Source of the DNA: an uncultured Actinomycetes bacterium
Lineage (GTDB): Bacteria > Actinomycetota > UBA4738 > HRBIN12
DNA: 64,000 bases
NCBI GenBank assembly: GCA_963731925.1
Contig: CAVSXK010000024.1
Span: 64,147-128,146 of the forward strand
Reading direction: 5' to 3'
Positions 1 through 9,158 of this stretch are shown in pieces. The notes under the pieces are model-generated. The model saw only the letters and a program-made list of their open reading frames with translations, made no database searches and had not been told where the DNA came from. The translations under genes were made by a program, and so were the position numbers. The stretch's first letter is position 1; each line of letters starts with the position of its first letter.

Positions 1-506
1 CGGTAGGTCATGCCGACCTGTGGATCGGCGGGCATGATGACGCCCGGCTGCGCGCCGTCCAATCCCGCTTCCCACGAACCTGCCGTGGTGACGACCTCCC
101 CGTCCTCGTACTCCTTGGTGTTCTCGCCCATGTACCAGACGTTCCCGCACCGATCCTGCGCGTACCAATCGAAGGTGTTCTCGATCAACTCGCCGTGCTC
201 GGTCACCTTGTCGTGAACGACCGTGGCCGCGATCCCGAGGATCTCCCTCGTGCGATCGGTGACGGTCACCTTGACCCTCTGCGCGTTCCCCTTCGTGTCG
301 CTCTCCCGATAGACCCACCTGGTCCCCGGCGCCATGGGCCAGTAGGGATGGTCGATGCCGTCCACGAAGTCGGCCGGCTCGAGCGTCACCGGATCGCTCC
401 CCTGGGGAAGCGGAACCGGACACGTGCCGGCGGTCGCGATCGCTCCCTGCCACGTCCCGAGAGCGAGCACGCCCACGACGATGATCCCCGCGATCTTCCG
501 ATGCAT
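1..506 (-). CDS. secreted hypothetical protein, partial (C-terminus beyond window start)
   Basis: Not in ORF track because it runs off the window. Minus-strand ATG at 504-506. Hand translation gives MHRKIAGIIVVGVLALGTWQGAIATAGTCPV... with N-terminal signal peptide and a coherent, non-R-rich composition. Confidence 0.5.
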   Translation of the reverse strand, partial: MHRKIAGIIVVGVLALGTWQGAIATAGTCPVPLPQGSDPVTLEPADFVDGIDHPYWPMAPGTRWVYRESDTKGNAQRVKVTVTDRTREILGIAATVVHDKVTEHGELIENTFDWYAQDRCGNVWYMGENTKEYEDGEVVTTAGSWEAGLDGAQPGVIMPADPQVGMTY

Positions 507-594
507 GGCGGCCTCCCTTCCTCGTATGGAGACACAGGATGCCGGGCGTCTGATGAGAGGAACATGAGCCGGGACAAGAGGCCGACCGGCCCGG

Positions 595-1417
595 TCAGAT
601 CGTGGCGAGGAAGTCCAGGACCGACCGACGGAACACGTCGGCGACGGCGGGGTCTCCGAACTCGAGGATGTCCGTGCCGTGCTCGCCGGTATCGAGCAGG
701 ACGACCTCCTTGGGAGGGGGTGCCGCGCGCTCGACCGCCGGACGCAGCTCGACCGCGTCGCTGTCGAACTCGCCCGCTGCCAGGAGCTTCGGCACGCGCA
801 CGGCCCGAACCTGCTCGGTGACGGGGACGCCCCCGTACAGATCCGACGCCGGACAACCAGATGAGCCCGTCCGCATCCAGACCCCGGGTCAGGGCGTACA
901 GCGACTCCATCGCCCCGAGGCTCGCACCGCCGACGACGACGCGAGACGCTCCCCGCGCCCGGAGGAGTTCGACGGCGAACGCCAGGTCCTCCCAACCGAT
1001 GTCGCCGGTCTTCCCGCTCGAGCAACCGAGCTCGCCCCCCGGACACACGCCTCGGTGGTCGTAGGTCAGCACCAGGTAGCCGTGATCGGCGAGCAGCGCC
1101 GCGAACTCGATCCATTGGGATTGATCGCCCGGGCGCATGTGGGCCAGGACCACGCCGACGTCACCCGATCCGAAGACGCGACCCTCGAGGTCGACACCCC
1201 GGGCCCCTCGGAACCTCACCGCTTCCGACATCGACAGGACCTCGGCCCGATCGAACGAGGCGAACTCGGAGGCGACCTCCGTCGACGCGGACACCGACGC
1301 CGACGTCGATGCGGTCACGGACGCGGACGGACGCGGCGCCGAACCCGCTCCGTCGCCGGCGCAGCTCGCCACGGCGAGCGCCGTCACCACGGCCGTCGCC
1401 ACCGATCGGATCCCCAT
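595..1417 (-). CDS. alpha/beta hydrolase lipoprotein (dienelactone-hydrolase-like); frameshifted near 870
   Basis: N-term has signal peptide plus lipobox (LAVASCAG) and hydrolase core (GGASLGA nucleophile elbow) in frame of 386..1417. The C-terminal hydrolase region (...VLLDTGEHGTDILEF...) is in a second frame, 595..876. Confidence 0.6.
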
Positions 1418-1534
1418 CTCTCAGATGCATACGAGTGCGACCGCGCATGGGTCTTTGCCTTCCTGCCGAGCGACGTTCGACGCGGAGGGTCCGGTCGGAG
1501 AGATCGCTGGTAGGCACGTCGGACGGCCTCGGTC

Positions 1535-2608
1535 GTGATCGTCGGTAGCATGGGACGGATGCGCAGAGCCCTGGCCGTGCTCGCCGTGCTCGCGGTCGCG
1601 GGGTCGGTGATCCACTCCGAGGCGACCGAGCAGCCCGGACCCTGGGCGCGCCACCGCGTCGAGCACCGCGGTCCGGCGGCCACGCGATACGTGATCGGTG
1701 CCGCCGGCGACATCGCGTGCCAGAACCAGGCCTTCGGTCCGGGATCGCCCGCCAACTGCCAGTACGACGAGACCGCCGACCTCATCGAGCGCGGGGACCT
1801 CGCCGAAGTGCTCCTGCTCGGTGACAACCAGTACGAGCGGGGAACGTACGCCGCGTACACGAGCTACTTCGATCCCACGTGGGGACGGTCGATCTCGAAC
1901 CTGTCGCCCGCACCCGGCAATCACGAGTACGCGAACGATCCCTCGTCCAGTCCCCGGGGCTACTTCCGCTACTTCGGGAACCGCGTGAAGGGTCCGGACG
2001 GGCTCGGCTACTACTCGTTCGACCTCGGTGCGTGCCCCGACGACCCGTGCTGGCACCTGATCTCGTTGAACTCGGAGCTCTGCTTCGCGGCCGGCGGCTG
2101 CGGGCCGGCCGCGGATCCGTCCGACCCCGGCCCGGGCAACCGCATGCACGCCTGGCTGGCGGCCGACCTCGCCGAGCACCCCGACGCCGAGTACCCCTGC
2201 ACGCTCGCGTACTGGCACCACCCCCGGTTCTCGTTCTCGACCGGGAGCGGCGCGACGAGCGCCGTCGGCCCGCTCTGGCACCTGCTCTACGAGGCGCGGG
2301 CCGACGTGGTCCTGAACGGCCATTCGCACAACTACCAGCGCTGGCGGCCCATGGATCCGGACGGGGACCTGGACCGTGTCGCGGGGATCCGGGAGTTCGT
2401 GGTGGGAACGGGGGGCCGGAGCCACTACGCGCTGCCGAGCGGCACCGCGCCCGAGAACCTCCTCTCGGCACAGGCCGACGCGTTCGGCATCCTCCGACTG
2501 ACGCTCAAGGCAGAGGCCTATCGGTGGAGATGGGTGTCGGCGGCCGGCCAGCCCGCGTTCGACGACGCCTCCGACCACGGCGTCCGGTGCGTGCGAACTA
2601 GCCCTTGA
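1535..2608 (+). CDS. secreted metallophosphoesterase (calcineurin-like phosphoesterase)
   Basis: 357-aa ORF with signal peptide and metallophosphatase motifs (GDIAC, GDNQYE, GNHEY, NGHSHNYQR). Confidence 0.8.
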   Translation: MIVGSMGRMRRALAVLAVLAVAGSVIHSEATEQPGPWARHRVEHRGPAATRYVIGAAGDIACQNQAFGPGSPANCQYDETADLIERGDLAEVLLLGDNQYERGTYAAYTSYFDPTWGRSISNLSPAPGNHEYANDPSSSPRGYFRYFGNRVKGPDGLGYYSFDLGACPDDPCWHLISLNSELCFAAGGCGPAADPSDPGPGNRMHAWLAADLAEHPDAEYPCTLAYWHHPRFSFSTGSGATSAVGPLWHLLYEARADVVLNGHSHNYQRWRPMDPDGDLDRVAGIREFVVGTGGRSHYALPSGTAPENLLSAQADAFGILRLTLKAEAYRWRWVSAAGQPAFDDASDHGVRCVRTSP

Positions 2609-3404
2609 CGCCCGTGAGCGTCACGCCCTCGACGAACACCCGTTGCGCGAGGAAGAACAGGACGATCACCGGGACCATGAACAGCACCGATGCGGCCATC
2701 GTCAGGTTCCACTGGACGTGGAACTGCGACTCGAACTCGGACAGCGCGATCGAGAGCGTCCACTGGTCGGGGTTTTCCACGAGGTAGAGCAAAGGCGAGA
2801 AGAAGTCGTTCCAGGAGTAGAGGAACTGGAACAGCGCAACCGCCGCGATCGCCGGCTTCGCGAGCGGAACGATGACCCGCGTCATGATCTGGAACTCGCT
2901 CGCCCCGTCGACGCGCGCAGCGTCCGAGAGGTCCTCCGGGATCGTGAGGAAGAACTGTCTCAGCAGGAAGATCGTGAACGCGTCCCCGAAGAACAACGGC
3001 ACGACGAGCGGCTTGATCGACCCGATCCAACCGAACCGCACGAAGATGATGTACAGGGGCACGATCGTCGCCTGGACGGGCAGCATCAGGGTCGAGAGCA
3101 CCAGGAGGAAGACGCCCTGCCGGCCGCGCCAACGGAGCCGCGACAAGGCGTAGGCAACGGGGATGCAGGACACGATCACGCCGATCGTGGCCAGGGCCGC
3201 GATCCGGAACGTGTTCCACGTGTACCGGAGGAGCGGGATCTCCCGGAACACATCCGAGAAGTTCGACCAGCGGAACGGCCGCGGCCACAGCGCCGGGGTG
3301 AGCGCCTGCCGGTCCGTCATGAGCGCCGTGAGGACGATCAGGACCACCGGCAGCAAGAAGACCGCAGAGACCGCGATCAACACGGTGTGGTTCGCCACGC
3401 CCAT
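2598..3404 (-). CDS. carbohydrate ABC transporter permease (MalG/UgpE-like)
   Basis: C-terminal 268 aa of the 594-aa ORF: six TM helices and the EAA-type signature (DAARVDGASEFQIMTRVIVPLAKPAIA). Upstream in-frame sequence is R-rich garbage, so start is placed at ATG 3404. Confidence 0.85.
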   Translation of the reverse strand: MGVANHTVLIAVSAVFLLPVVLIVLTALMTDRQALTPALWPRPFRWSNFSDVFREIPLLRYTWNTFRIAALATIGVIVSCIPVAYALSRLRWRGRQGVFLLVLSTLMLPVQATIVPLYIIFVRFGWIGSIKPLVVPLFFGDAFTIFLLRQFFLTIPEDLSDAARVDGASEFQIMTRVIVPLAKPAIAAVALFQFLYSWNDFFSPLLYLVENPDQWTLSIALSEFESQFHVQWNLTMAASVLFMVPVIVLFFLAQRVFVEGVTLTGVKG

Positions 3405-3496
3405 CAGGAAGCGGCGGCGGCGAACGTCGGGTGCCTCGGGGCGTCGGACGATCTGCGCGGCTTCGCGAGGTCGGGACCGGACGGCGGTGTCAACGG

Positions 3497-4420
3497 CTAT
3501 TTGAACCCACCCGCCTGATAGTGGACCCAGTGCCTGGACGAACGGATCAGCAGCGCGGTGCAGGCGAGCGTGAGCAGCAGCAGCATCCAGGCCATCGCCG
3601 ACGCGTAGCCCATCCGGAAGTCGGAGAAGCCCTTCAGGTACAGGTAGATCGAGTAGAAGAGCAGCGACCCCTGTGGGCTCCCGACGGCAGCCGAGGCCTC
3701 CTCCGTCGCCTGGCCGGAGACGGCGAAGCTCGCGACGTACGCCTGCGTGAAGTACTGGAAGCCGGCGATGACGCCGATCACCAGCGTGAAGAACAGCACC
3801 GGCGACAGCGACGGCAAGGTGACGTGTCGGAACTTCTGCCACGGGCTCGCCCCCTCGATGTCCGCGGCCTCGTAGAGCTGCCTCGGGACGTCGAGGAGTC
3901 CGGCCAGGTAGATGATCATCGTCTGTCCGACCACCCACAGGCCGAGGAACAACAGCCCCCATTTCGACCAGAAGGGATCGTAGAACCACAGCGGCGGGTT
4001 CTTGATCCCGATGCCGGAGAGCAACTGGTTCACCGGTCCGGTGGCCGGATTGAAGATCACGAAGAACGCGAGTGCCGCCGCCACCGGGGGCGCCATCGTC
4101 GGGAGGAACAGGATCGTCCGATAGCCCTTCACGCCACGGCGAGGCCTGGTCAGCAACATCGCCGTCCCGAGTGCGACCAGCATCGAGAGCGGAACGCCCA
4201 CGCAGATCATCCAGATCGTGTTCCGCATCGCCTGCCAGAACTGCGGGTCCTTCGTGAACATGAACCGATAGTTGTCGAGCCCGACGAAGCTCGGGGTGGA
4301 GAGCAGGTCGTAGTTCGTGAACGAGTAGTACAGGCTCGCGAGGGCCGGATAGAGGATGAAGACCGAGAACCCGATGATCCACGGCGACATGAACAGCGCC
4401 GCGGTGGTGTAGCGCCTCAC
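3497..4420 (-). CDS. carbohydrate ABC transporter permease (MalF/UgpA-like)
   Basis: Real part of the 458-aa ORF: ...ALFMSPWIIGF... and EAA loop (EAADIEGASPWQKFRHVTLP). The conserved N-terminal pattern RRYTTAALF-SPWIIGF shows the start is upstream of ATG 4390. GTG 4420 chosen; CTG 4483 is also possible. Confidence 0.8.
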   Translation of the reverse strand: MRRYTTAALFMSPWIIGFSVFILYPALASLYYSFTNYDLLSTPSFVGLDNYRFMFTKDPQFWQAMRNTIWMICVGVPLSMLVALGTAMLLTRPRRGVKGYRTILFLPTMAPPVAAALAFFVIFNPATGPVNQLLSGIGIKNPPLWFYDPFWSKWGLLFLGLWVVGQTMIIYLAGLLDVPRQLYEAADIEGASPWQKFRHVTLPSLSPVLFFTLVIGVIAGFQYFTQAYVASFAVSGQATEEASAAVGSPQGSLLFYSIYLYLKGFSDFRMGYASAMAWMLLLLTLACTALLIRSSRHWVHYQAGGFK

Positions 4421-4508
4421 CGTGGCGCGACGGGCCGCCGGCCTCCTCTTGGGGAGGGGCCGGCGACCCGTCGACGAGGTCAGGGCCTGTGCGATCCCGC
4501 CTCCGTCC

Positions 4509-5855
4509 TCAGGACGCCGCCTCGATCTCGTCGTTGATCTGCTGTGCGACCGCCTGCAGTCCCGCCTGGAGATCGGCGACGTCTCCCGCCTGCCAGCGCT
4601 CCGCGAAGTCGCCGAGGAGGTTCTGATCGGTCGATCCGATGATGGACATGTCCTTGTAGTGGGACCCCGGGTTCCCGAAGATGTCGAGGAACGTCTGGAA
4701 CTGCTCGGGCAGGTCCAGCTCGGGAGACTCGAGCGAGGGCAGCGTGGTGGGGACGTTGCCGATCGCGTTCGCCGCCGCGACGAGCGAGTCCGTGTCGGTC
4801 GCCATGAACGACACGAGCAGCCACGCCTCTTCGGGGTGCGCCGACCCGCGGGGGATCCCGATGATCGTTCCACCGACGCGACCGATGCCGTACGTGTCCG
4901 CCTTCTCGTCCGGCACGGGGAACGGCGCCGTCGCGTAGTTCAGGCCTGGGGTCCCGTTCGCGATGAACGCGGTCCGCCACTCCCCGTCGATCGCCATCGC
5001 GATCCGGCCGTTCTGGAAGTCCTGGCTCGCCTCGCCCCACTCGTCGCCCTGTCCGGCGACGAACTTCCGCAGGTTGTCCGCGCCGTAGAAGTCGACGAGG
5101 TCCTTCTGCCACTGGAAGAGCTCGACCCAGTCGGGGTCCGTCCCGATCGCCGAGGTCCCGTCGTCGTTGTAGAAGTCCGCGCCGAAGGTGATCGCCAGTT
5201 CCGGCGGGGTCATCATGTAGTAGCCGAACCACGGGACGAACCCGGCGCGCTCGATCGAGCCGTCCGCGTTGAACACCGTCAGGTCCTTCGCCATCTGCGT
5301 GAGCTCGGACATGGTCTGCGGCGGCTCGGTGTAGCCCGCCTCCTCGAGGATGTCCGTGTTGTAGTACAGGCCGAGCGCGTCCGTGAGGAACGGGAACGCG
5401 CACTGCTTGCCGCCGAACCCCGTGTACCGGGCGACCGACGGCGGGAACACGCTCGCGTCGAAGTCTGTCGCCTCGGTGTACGGCGTGAGGTCCTGCCACG
5501 CGCCCGTGTCGCAGAACGCGGGGAGATCGTCCAGCGACCACGACATCACCGCGTCCGGAGGCGTCCCGGCGCGGATCGCGCTGATCACCTTCTGGTCGCT
5601 CGCGACGCCCTTCCGCACGTCGACCGTGATCCACGGGTACTCCTGCTCGAATCGATCGAAGACCTGCTGGACACCCGCGACCTCGTGGTCCGCGCTGAAC
5701 GGTATCCACATCTCGATCGTGACCGGCTCCTGCTCCTCGCCGGCCGCTCCGGTCTCACCGAGACCTTCGGGTACCTCGCTCTCACCGTCACCTGCCGTGC
5801 ATGCCGCGGCGATGAGTCCGAACACCGCCAGCACCACCAGCCATCGCTTCATCAT
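4509..5855 (-). CDS. ABC transporter substrate-binding lipoprotein (family 1 extracellular solute-binding, sugar-type)
   Basis: 448 aa with signal peptide plus lipobox (LIAAACTAG) and SBP_bac_1-like composition. SD GAGAGGGGG upstream. Forms an operon with the two permeases. Confidence 0.9.
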   Translation of the reverse strand: MMKRWLVVLAVFGLIAAACTAGDGESEVPEGLGETGAAGEEQEPVTIEMWIPFSADHEVAGVQQVFDRFEQEYPWITVDVRKGVASDQKVISAIRAGTPPDAVMSWSLDDLPAFCDTGAWQDLTPYTEATDFDASVFPPSVARYTGFGGKQCAFPFLTDALGLYYNTDILEEAGYTEPPQTMSELTQMAKDLTVFNADGSIERAGFVPWFGYYMMTPPELAITFGADFYNDDGTSAIGTDPDWVELFQWQKDLVDFYGADNLRKFVAGQGDEWGEASQDFQNGRIAMAIDGEWRTAFIANGTPGLNYATAPFPVPDEKADTYGIGRVGGTIIGIPRGSAHPEEAWLLVSFMATDTDSLVAAANAIGNVPTTLPSLESPELDLPEQFQTFLDIFGNPGSHYKDMSIIGSTDQNLLGDFAERWQAGDVADLQAGLQAVAQQINDEIEAAS

Positions 5856-5877
5856 GTTCGCGCCCCCTCTCGTCCGA

Positions 5878-7053
5878 TCAACGTCCTCTCACGTCCTCGC
5901 TCGAACCGCCACCCAACACGCTCATCGCGGAGCCACCCCCTTGCGTGCGCGTGAAGAGCAGATCCTGGGCCACCTGCAGCGCCATCCACACCGCTCCGAG
6001 GACGACGGCCTCCTCGCCGAGCGGCGAGATCTCCAGCCGCACCTTGAACGGCAAGATCGCCTTGAGTGCCTGCCTCACCGGCTCGAGGAGCAGGTCACCG
6101 TTCCGCCCGATCCCGCCGCCCAAGATCACCAGCTCGGGGTCGACGATCGGGACGATCGCTGCGATCGCGAGCGCGATCTGTTCGGCCTCCAGGGCGACGA
6201 CGCGTTGTGCGATGCGATCGCCGCGACGGGCGGCCGCGAACACGTTCCGCGGGGAGACCGGCGGCTTCATCCCGAGCTCTCGAGCGATGGCGACCACGCC
6301 CGACGCTCCGGCACGCGTGTCGAGGGCCCCGCGCTTGCGGAGCGATCGATCCTTCGGATCCCCGATCAGGGGGAGGTACCCGACCTCGCCGGCCGCTCCG
6401 GTCTCGCCCCGATACAGCTCGCCGCGCATGACGAGCCCGGCGCCGACACCCGTACCGACGTGCAGGTACACGAAGTTCGCGACGTCCTTGCCCAGGCCGA
6501 GCCACTGCTCCCCGAGCGCCGCAAGGTTCACGTCGTTCTCGATGCCGACCTTGGTTCCGAGCCCCTCCTGCACCGCCTGCACCAGACCCGTCCTGCCCCA
6601 TCCGGGCAGGGCGTGGGCGAGGGCGACGTGCCCCGTGACCGGATCGAAGACACCCGGGCTGCCGACCGTCGCGAAGGTCACCTGCTTCCAGCGCACGCCC
6701 GCCTCGGCGGCGAGCCCGTGAGCGATCTCGCCGATCTGGGAGATGAGCGTGCGCTGGCTCCGCACCCGTGCTCGCTCGTCCCGACGCGCGACGATGTCCC
6801 CGGAGAGGTTCGCGATGGCGGCACGCACGTAGTCGCGGCCGACGTCGAGGCCGACCACCCACCCCGCTCGAGGGTTCAACTCGTACAGGACCGCAGACGG
6901 TCCACGGCTCCCGCTCGACCGCCCCGCCTCCCGGACGAGGCCCGCGTCGACCAACGCGACGAGCGCCTGCGAGACCGTCGGCTTGGACAGGTCGCTGTCC
7001 CGAGCGATCTGGGCCCGGGAGACGGGCCCCATCTGCCGGACGAACTCGAGCAC
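5878..7053 (-). CDS. ROK-family transcriptional regulator (NagC/XylR-like repressor)
   Basis: N-terminal wHTH (SRAQIARDSDLSKPTVSQALVALVDAGLV). ROK sugar-kinase-like core with ATP/zinc motifs (GLDVGRDYVRAA, HVGTGVGAGLV, GETGAAGEVGYLP). Confidence 0.85.
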   Translation of the reverse strand: MLEFVRQMGPVSRAQIARDSDLSKPTVSQALVALVDAGLVREAGRSSGSRGPSAVLYELNPRAGWVVGLDVGRDYVRAAIANLSGDIVARRDERARVRSQRTLISQIGEIAHGLAAEAGVRWKQVTFATVGSPGVFDPVTGHVALAHALPGWGRTGLVQAVQEGLGTKVGIENDVNLAALGEQWLGLGKDVANFVYLHVGTGVGAGLVMRGELYRGETGAAGEVGYLPLIGDPKDRSLRKRGALDTRAGASGVVAIARELGMKPPVSPRNVFAAARRGDRIAQRVVALEAEQIALAIAAIVPIVDPELVILGGGIGRNGDLLLEPVRQALKAILPFKVRLEISPLGEEAVVLGAVWMALQVAQDLLFTRTQGGGSAMSVLGGGSSEDVRGR

Positions 7054-7164
7054 CGAACGCTCGTTGATCGCCTTCAGCAGGCTCGGCGTGCCGGCGGCGA
7101 ACGGGTGAACGGCCGTTTGGTGCGCCCCCTCTAGTTCGGTTCGCTCTCGTCTCGAGTAGCTCTA

Positions 7165-7184
7165 GTTCGGAAACTTTCCTAACT
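7165..7184. promoter_or_regulatory. operator-like palindrome GGAAACTTTCC (gttcGGAAACTTTCCtaact) in the ROK / eda-kdgK divergent intergenic region
   Basis: An AT-rich 11-bp inverted repeat in a 70% GC genome. A 15-nt block is identical (as reverse complement) to 11726-11740. Lies ~30 nt upstream of the eda start and ~115 nt upstream of the ROK start. Confidence 0.55.
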
Positions 7185-7210
7185 ATTCTCGCCGATGCTA
7201 CGCTCGACCC

Positions 7211-7855
7211 CTGAGCGCAGTCAAGGCACCCCGTCCGGACACCACGATCTTCGATACCCGCAGGGTTCTCGCGGTCGTACGGTTCCGAGATCCGTGCGAC
7301 CTCGACGCGATCGTCGAGGCGATACGTCGTGGCGGCATCGACCTCGTGGAGGTGACGGCGGACACGCCCGGCGCGATCGACGCGGTGCGACGAGCTGCAC
7401 GGGCCGGGGCCCCGGTGGGGGCGGGGACGATCGGCTCGGCGACGGAAGCGCGGGCGTTCGGCGAGGCGGGAGCCGCCTTCCTCGTGAGCCCCGGGGTGAT
7501 GCCGGAGGTCGTACGGGTCGCCGTCGAGCTGGGCATCCCTGCGGTGCCGGGGGCGCTCTCCCCGACCGAGATCGCGACGGCCCAAAGAGCCGGGGCAACC
7601 GCCGTGAAGCTCTTCCCGGCGAGCCTCGGCGGTCCCGGCTACCTGCGGGTCCTTCGAGGCCCGTTCTCCGACGTGCGTTTCGTCCCGACCGGAGGCATCG
7701 AGCCCGCCGACGTGAGGTCGTGGTTGGACGCGGGCGCCACGTGCGTCGGGCTTGGTTCCGCACTCGTCGGGGCCACCCCTCCCGCAACGCCCGGCGACCT
7801 CCGAGCGCTGACCGAGCGTGCACGTCGCGTCGTGCGGCTCGCGGGGCGGCGATGA
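7211..7855 (+). CDS. eda: 2-dehydro-3-deoxyphosphogluconate (KDPG) aldolase / KHG aldolase
   Basis: Track ORF 7346..7855 (GTG) is truncated. The same frame upstream reads ...TTIFDTRRVLAVVRFRDPCDLDAIVEAIRRGGIDLVEVTADTPGAIDAV..., aligning to the Eda N-terminus. The only in-frame candidate start is CTG 7211, so the start is uncertain or affected by an indel. Ends in an ATGA overlap with kdgK. Confidence 0.75.
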   Translation: MSAVKAPRPDTTIFDTRRVLAVVRFRDPCDLDAIVEAIRRGGIDLVEVTADTPGAIDAVRRAARAGAPVGAGTIGSATEARAFGEAGAAFLVSPGVMPEVVRVAVELGIPAVPGALSPTEIATAQRAGATAVKLFPASLGGPGYLRVLRGPFSDVRFVPTGGIEPADVRSWLDAGATCVGLGSALVGATPPATPGDLRALTERARRVVRLAGRR

Positions 7856-8760
7856 CGCCGGTTCCCGATGTCATCGCGCTGGGTGAGACCATGCTCTCGC
7901 TCATCGCCGTCGGGGTCCCGCTCGCCGAGGCATCCGAGCTCCGCGTGACGCACGGCGGTTCCGAGAGCAACACGTGCGTCGGGCTCGCTCGGTTGGGACT
8001 TCGGGCCGCGTGGGTGAGCCGTCTCGGTTCGGATCAAGCCGGGGATCGGATCGCTTCGGATCTCGGTCGCGAGGGCGTCGACCTCCGGTGGGTGCGCCGC
8101 GACCCAGAACGGCCCACCGGGCTGATGCTGCGCGGAACGTCGGGCGCGCCGGCCCGGTACGAGCGCGCCGGCTCCGCGGCGAGCGCGCTCTCCCCGAGCG
8201 ATCTCGACGGCGTTCCGGTGGAGGATGCCGGGGCCGTGATCACGAGCGGGATCACCGCCATGCTCGGTGCGGGTCCGCAGGAAACGGCGATCGCGCTGCT
8301 GGAACGCGCCCGCGGGCTCCGCGTGGTCGATCCGAACCTGCGTCTCGGCCTCTGGGGCTCGGACCGAGCCGGCGAGCTCGTCCGGCCCCTGCTCGAGCGC
8401 GCCGACCTCGTGCTCGGCGGGGAGGCCGAGCTCGCCGCGCTCGTCGGGGGCATCGGGCGCGAGCTCGCCGAGCGATGCCGCGACCTCGGACCGAGCGAGG
8501 TCGTCCTGAAGCTCGGCGCGGACGGGGCGGCGGCGTTCGACGAGGAGGGCAGGTGGTGCGAGGTGCGTCCGCCGCGGAGCGCCGAGGTCGACCCGGTCGG
8601 CGCCGGCGACGCGTTCGACGCCGGGTATCTCGCTGCCCGGCTGCGAGGGGCGTCGGTGGAGGACGCCCTCCGGCAGGGGGCGCGTTGCGGCGCCGGCGTG
8701 GCGGGGATGGTCGGAGACACCGCGGGCTTCCCCACGCTCGCCGAGATCGAAGGAGGGTGA
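7852..8760 (+). CDS. kdgK: PfkB-family sugar kinase, 2-dehydro-3-deoxygluconokinase-like
   Basis: MTPVPDVIALGETMLSL..., GSESNT, C-terminal DPVGAGDAFDAGYL (PfkB anion hole). Translationally coupled to eda (ATGA). Confidence 0.8.
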   Translation: MTPVPDVIALGETMLSLIAVGVPLAEASELRVTHGGSESNTCVGLARLGLRAAWVSRLGSDQAGDRIASDLGREGVDLRWVRRDPERPTGLMLRGTSGAPARYERAGSAASALSPSDLDGVPVEDAGAVITSGITAMLGAGPQETAIALLERARGLRVVDPNLRLGLWGSDRAGELVRPLLERADLVLGGEAELAALVGGIGRELAERCRDLGPSEVVLKLGADGAAAFDEEGRWCEVRPPRSAEVDPVGAGDAFDAGYLAARLRGASVEDALRQGARCGAGVAGMVGDTAGFPTLAEIEGG

Positions 8761-8762
8761 CG

Positions 8763-9158
8763 ATGACGAGAGACGCCCGGCAGCCCGAGGGCGTGGCCCG
8801 ACCGGCGCTTCCGTACAGCCCGGTCGTCGTGACCGGCGATCTGGTCTTCACCGCGGGACAGGTCGCACTCGATGCCCGGGGCGACCTGGTCGCCGGAGGG
8901 ATCGAAGCGCAGACCGCGCAGGTGCTCGACAACCTCGCGCGCTGTCTGGACGGCGTGGGCTGTTCGATGGAGGACGTCGTGAAGGTGACGGCGTTCCTGG
9001 CCGATCTCGCCGATGCCGACGGCTACAACCGTGTCTACGCGACACGGTTCGCCCCGCCCTACCCGGCTCGCTCGACGGTCGGAGCGCGGCTGGCCGACAA
9101 CCTGCTCGTCGAGATCGAGGCGATCGCGCGACGGGCCGGCGACGGAGCCAACCTCCTA
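8763..9158 (+). CDS. ridA: RidA/YjgF family reactive-intermediate (enamine/imine) deaminase; no in-frame stop
   Basis: MTRDARQPEGVARPALPYSPVVVTGDLVFTAGQVALDARGDLVAGGIEAQTAQVLDNL...LVEIEAIARRAG matches RidA over ~130 aa. The frame then reads through antisense of the convergent DSD1-like gene until 10448. The stop was presumably lost to an indel; the end coordinate is approximate. Confidence 0.65.

Noticed and set aside
7195-8760. 521-aa ORF beginning at ATG 7195
   Set aside because: Only its last ~300 codons (from ATG 7852) encode the PfkB kinase. The upstream part is the eda gene read out of frame.
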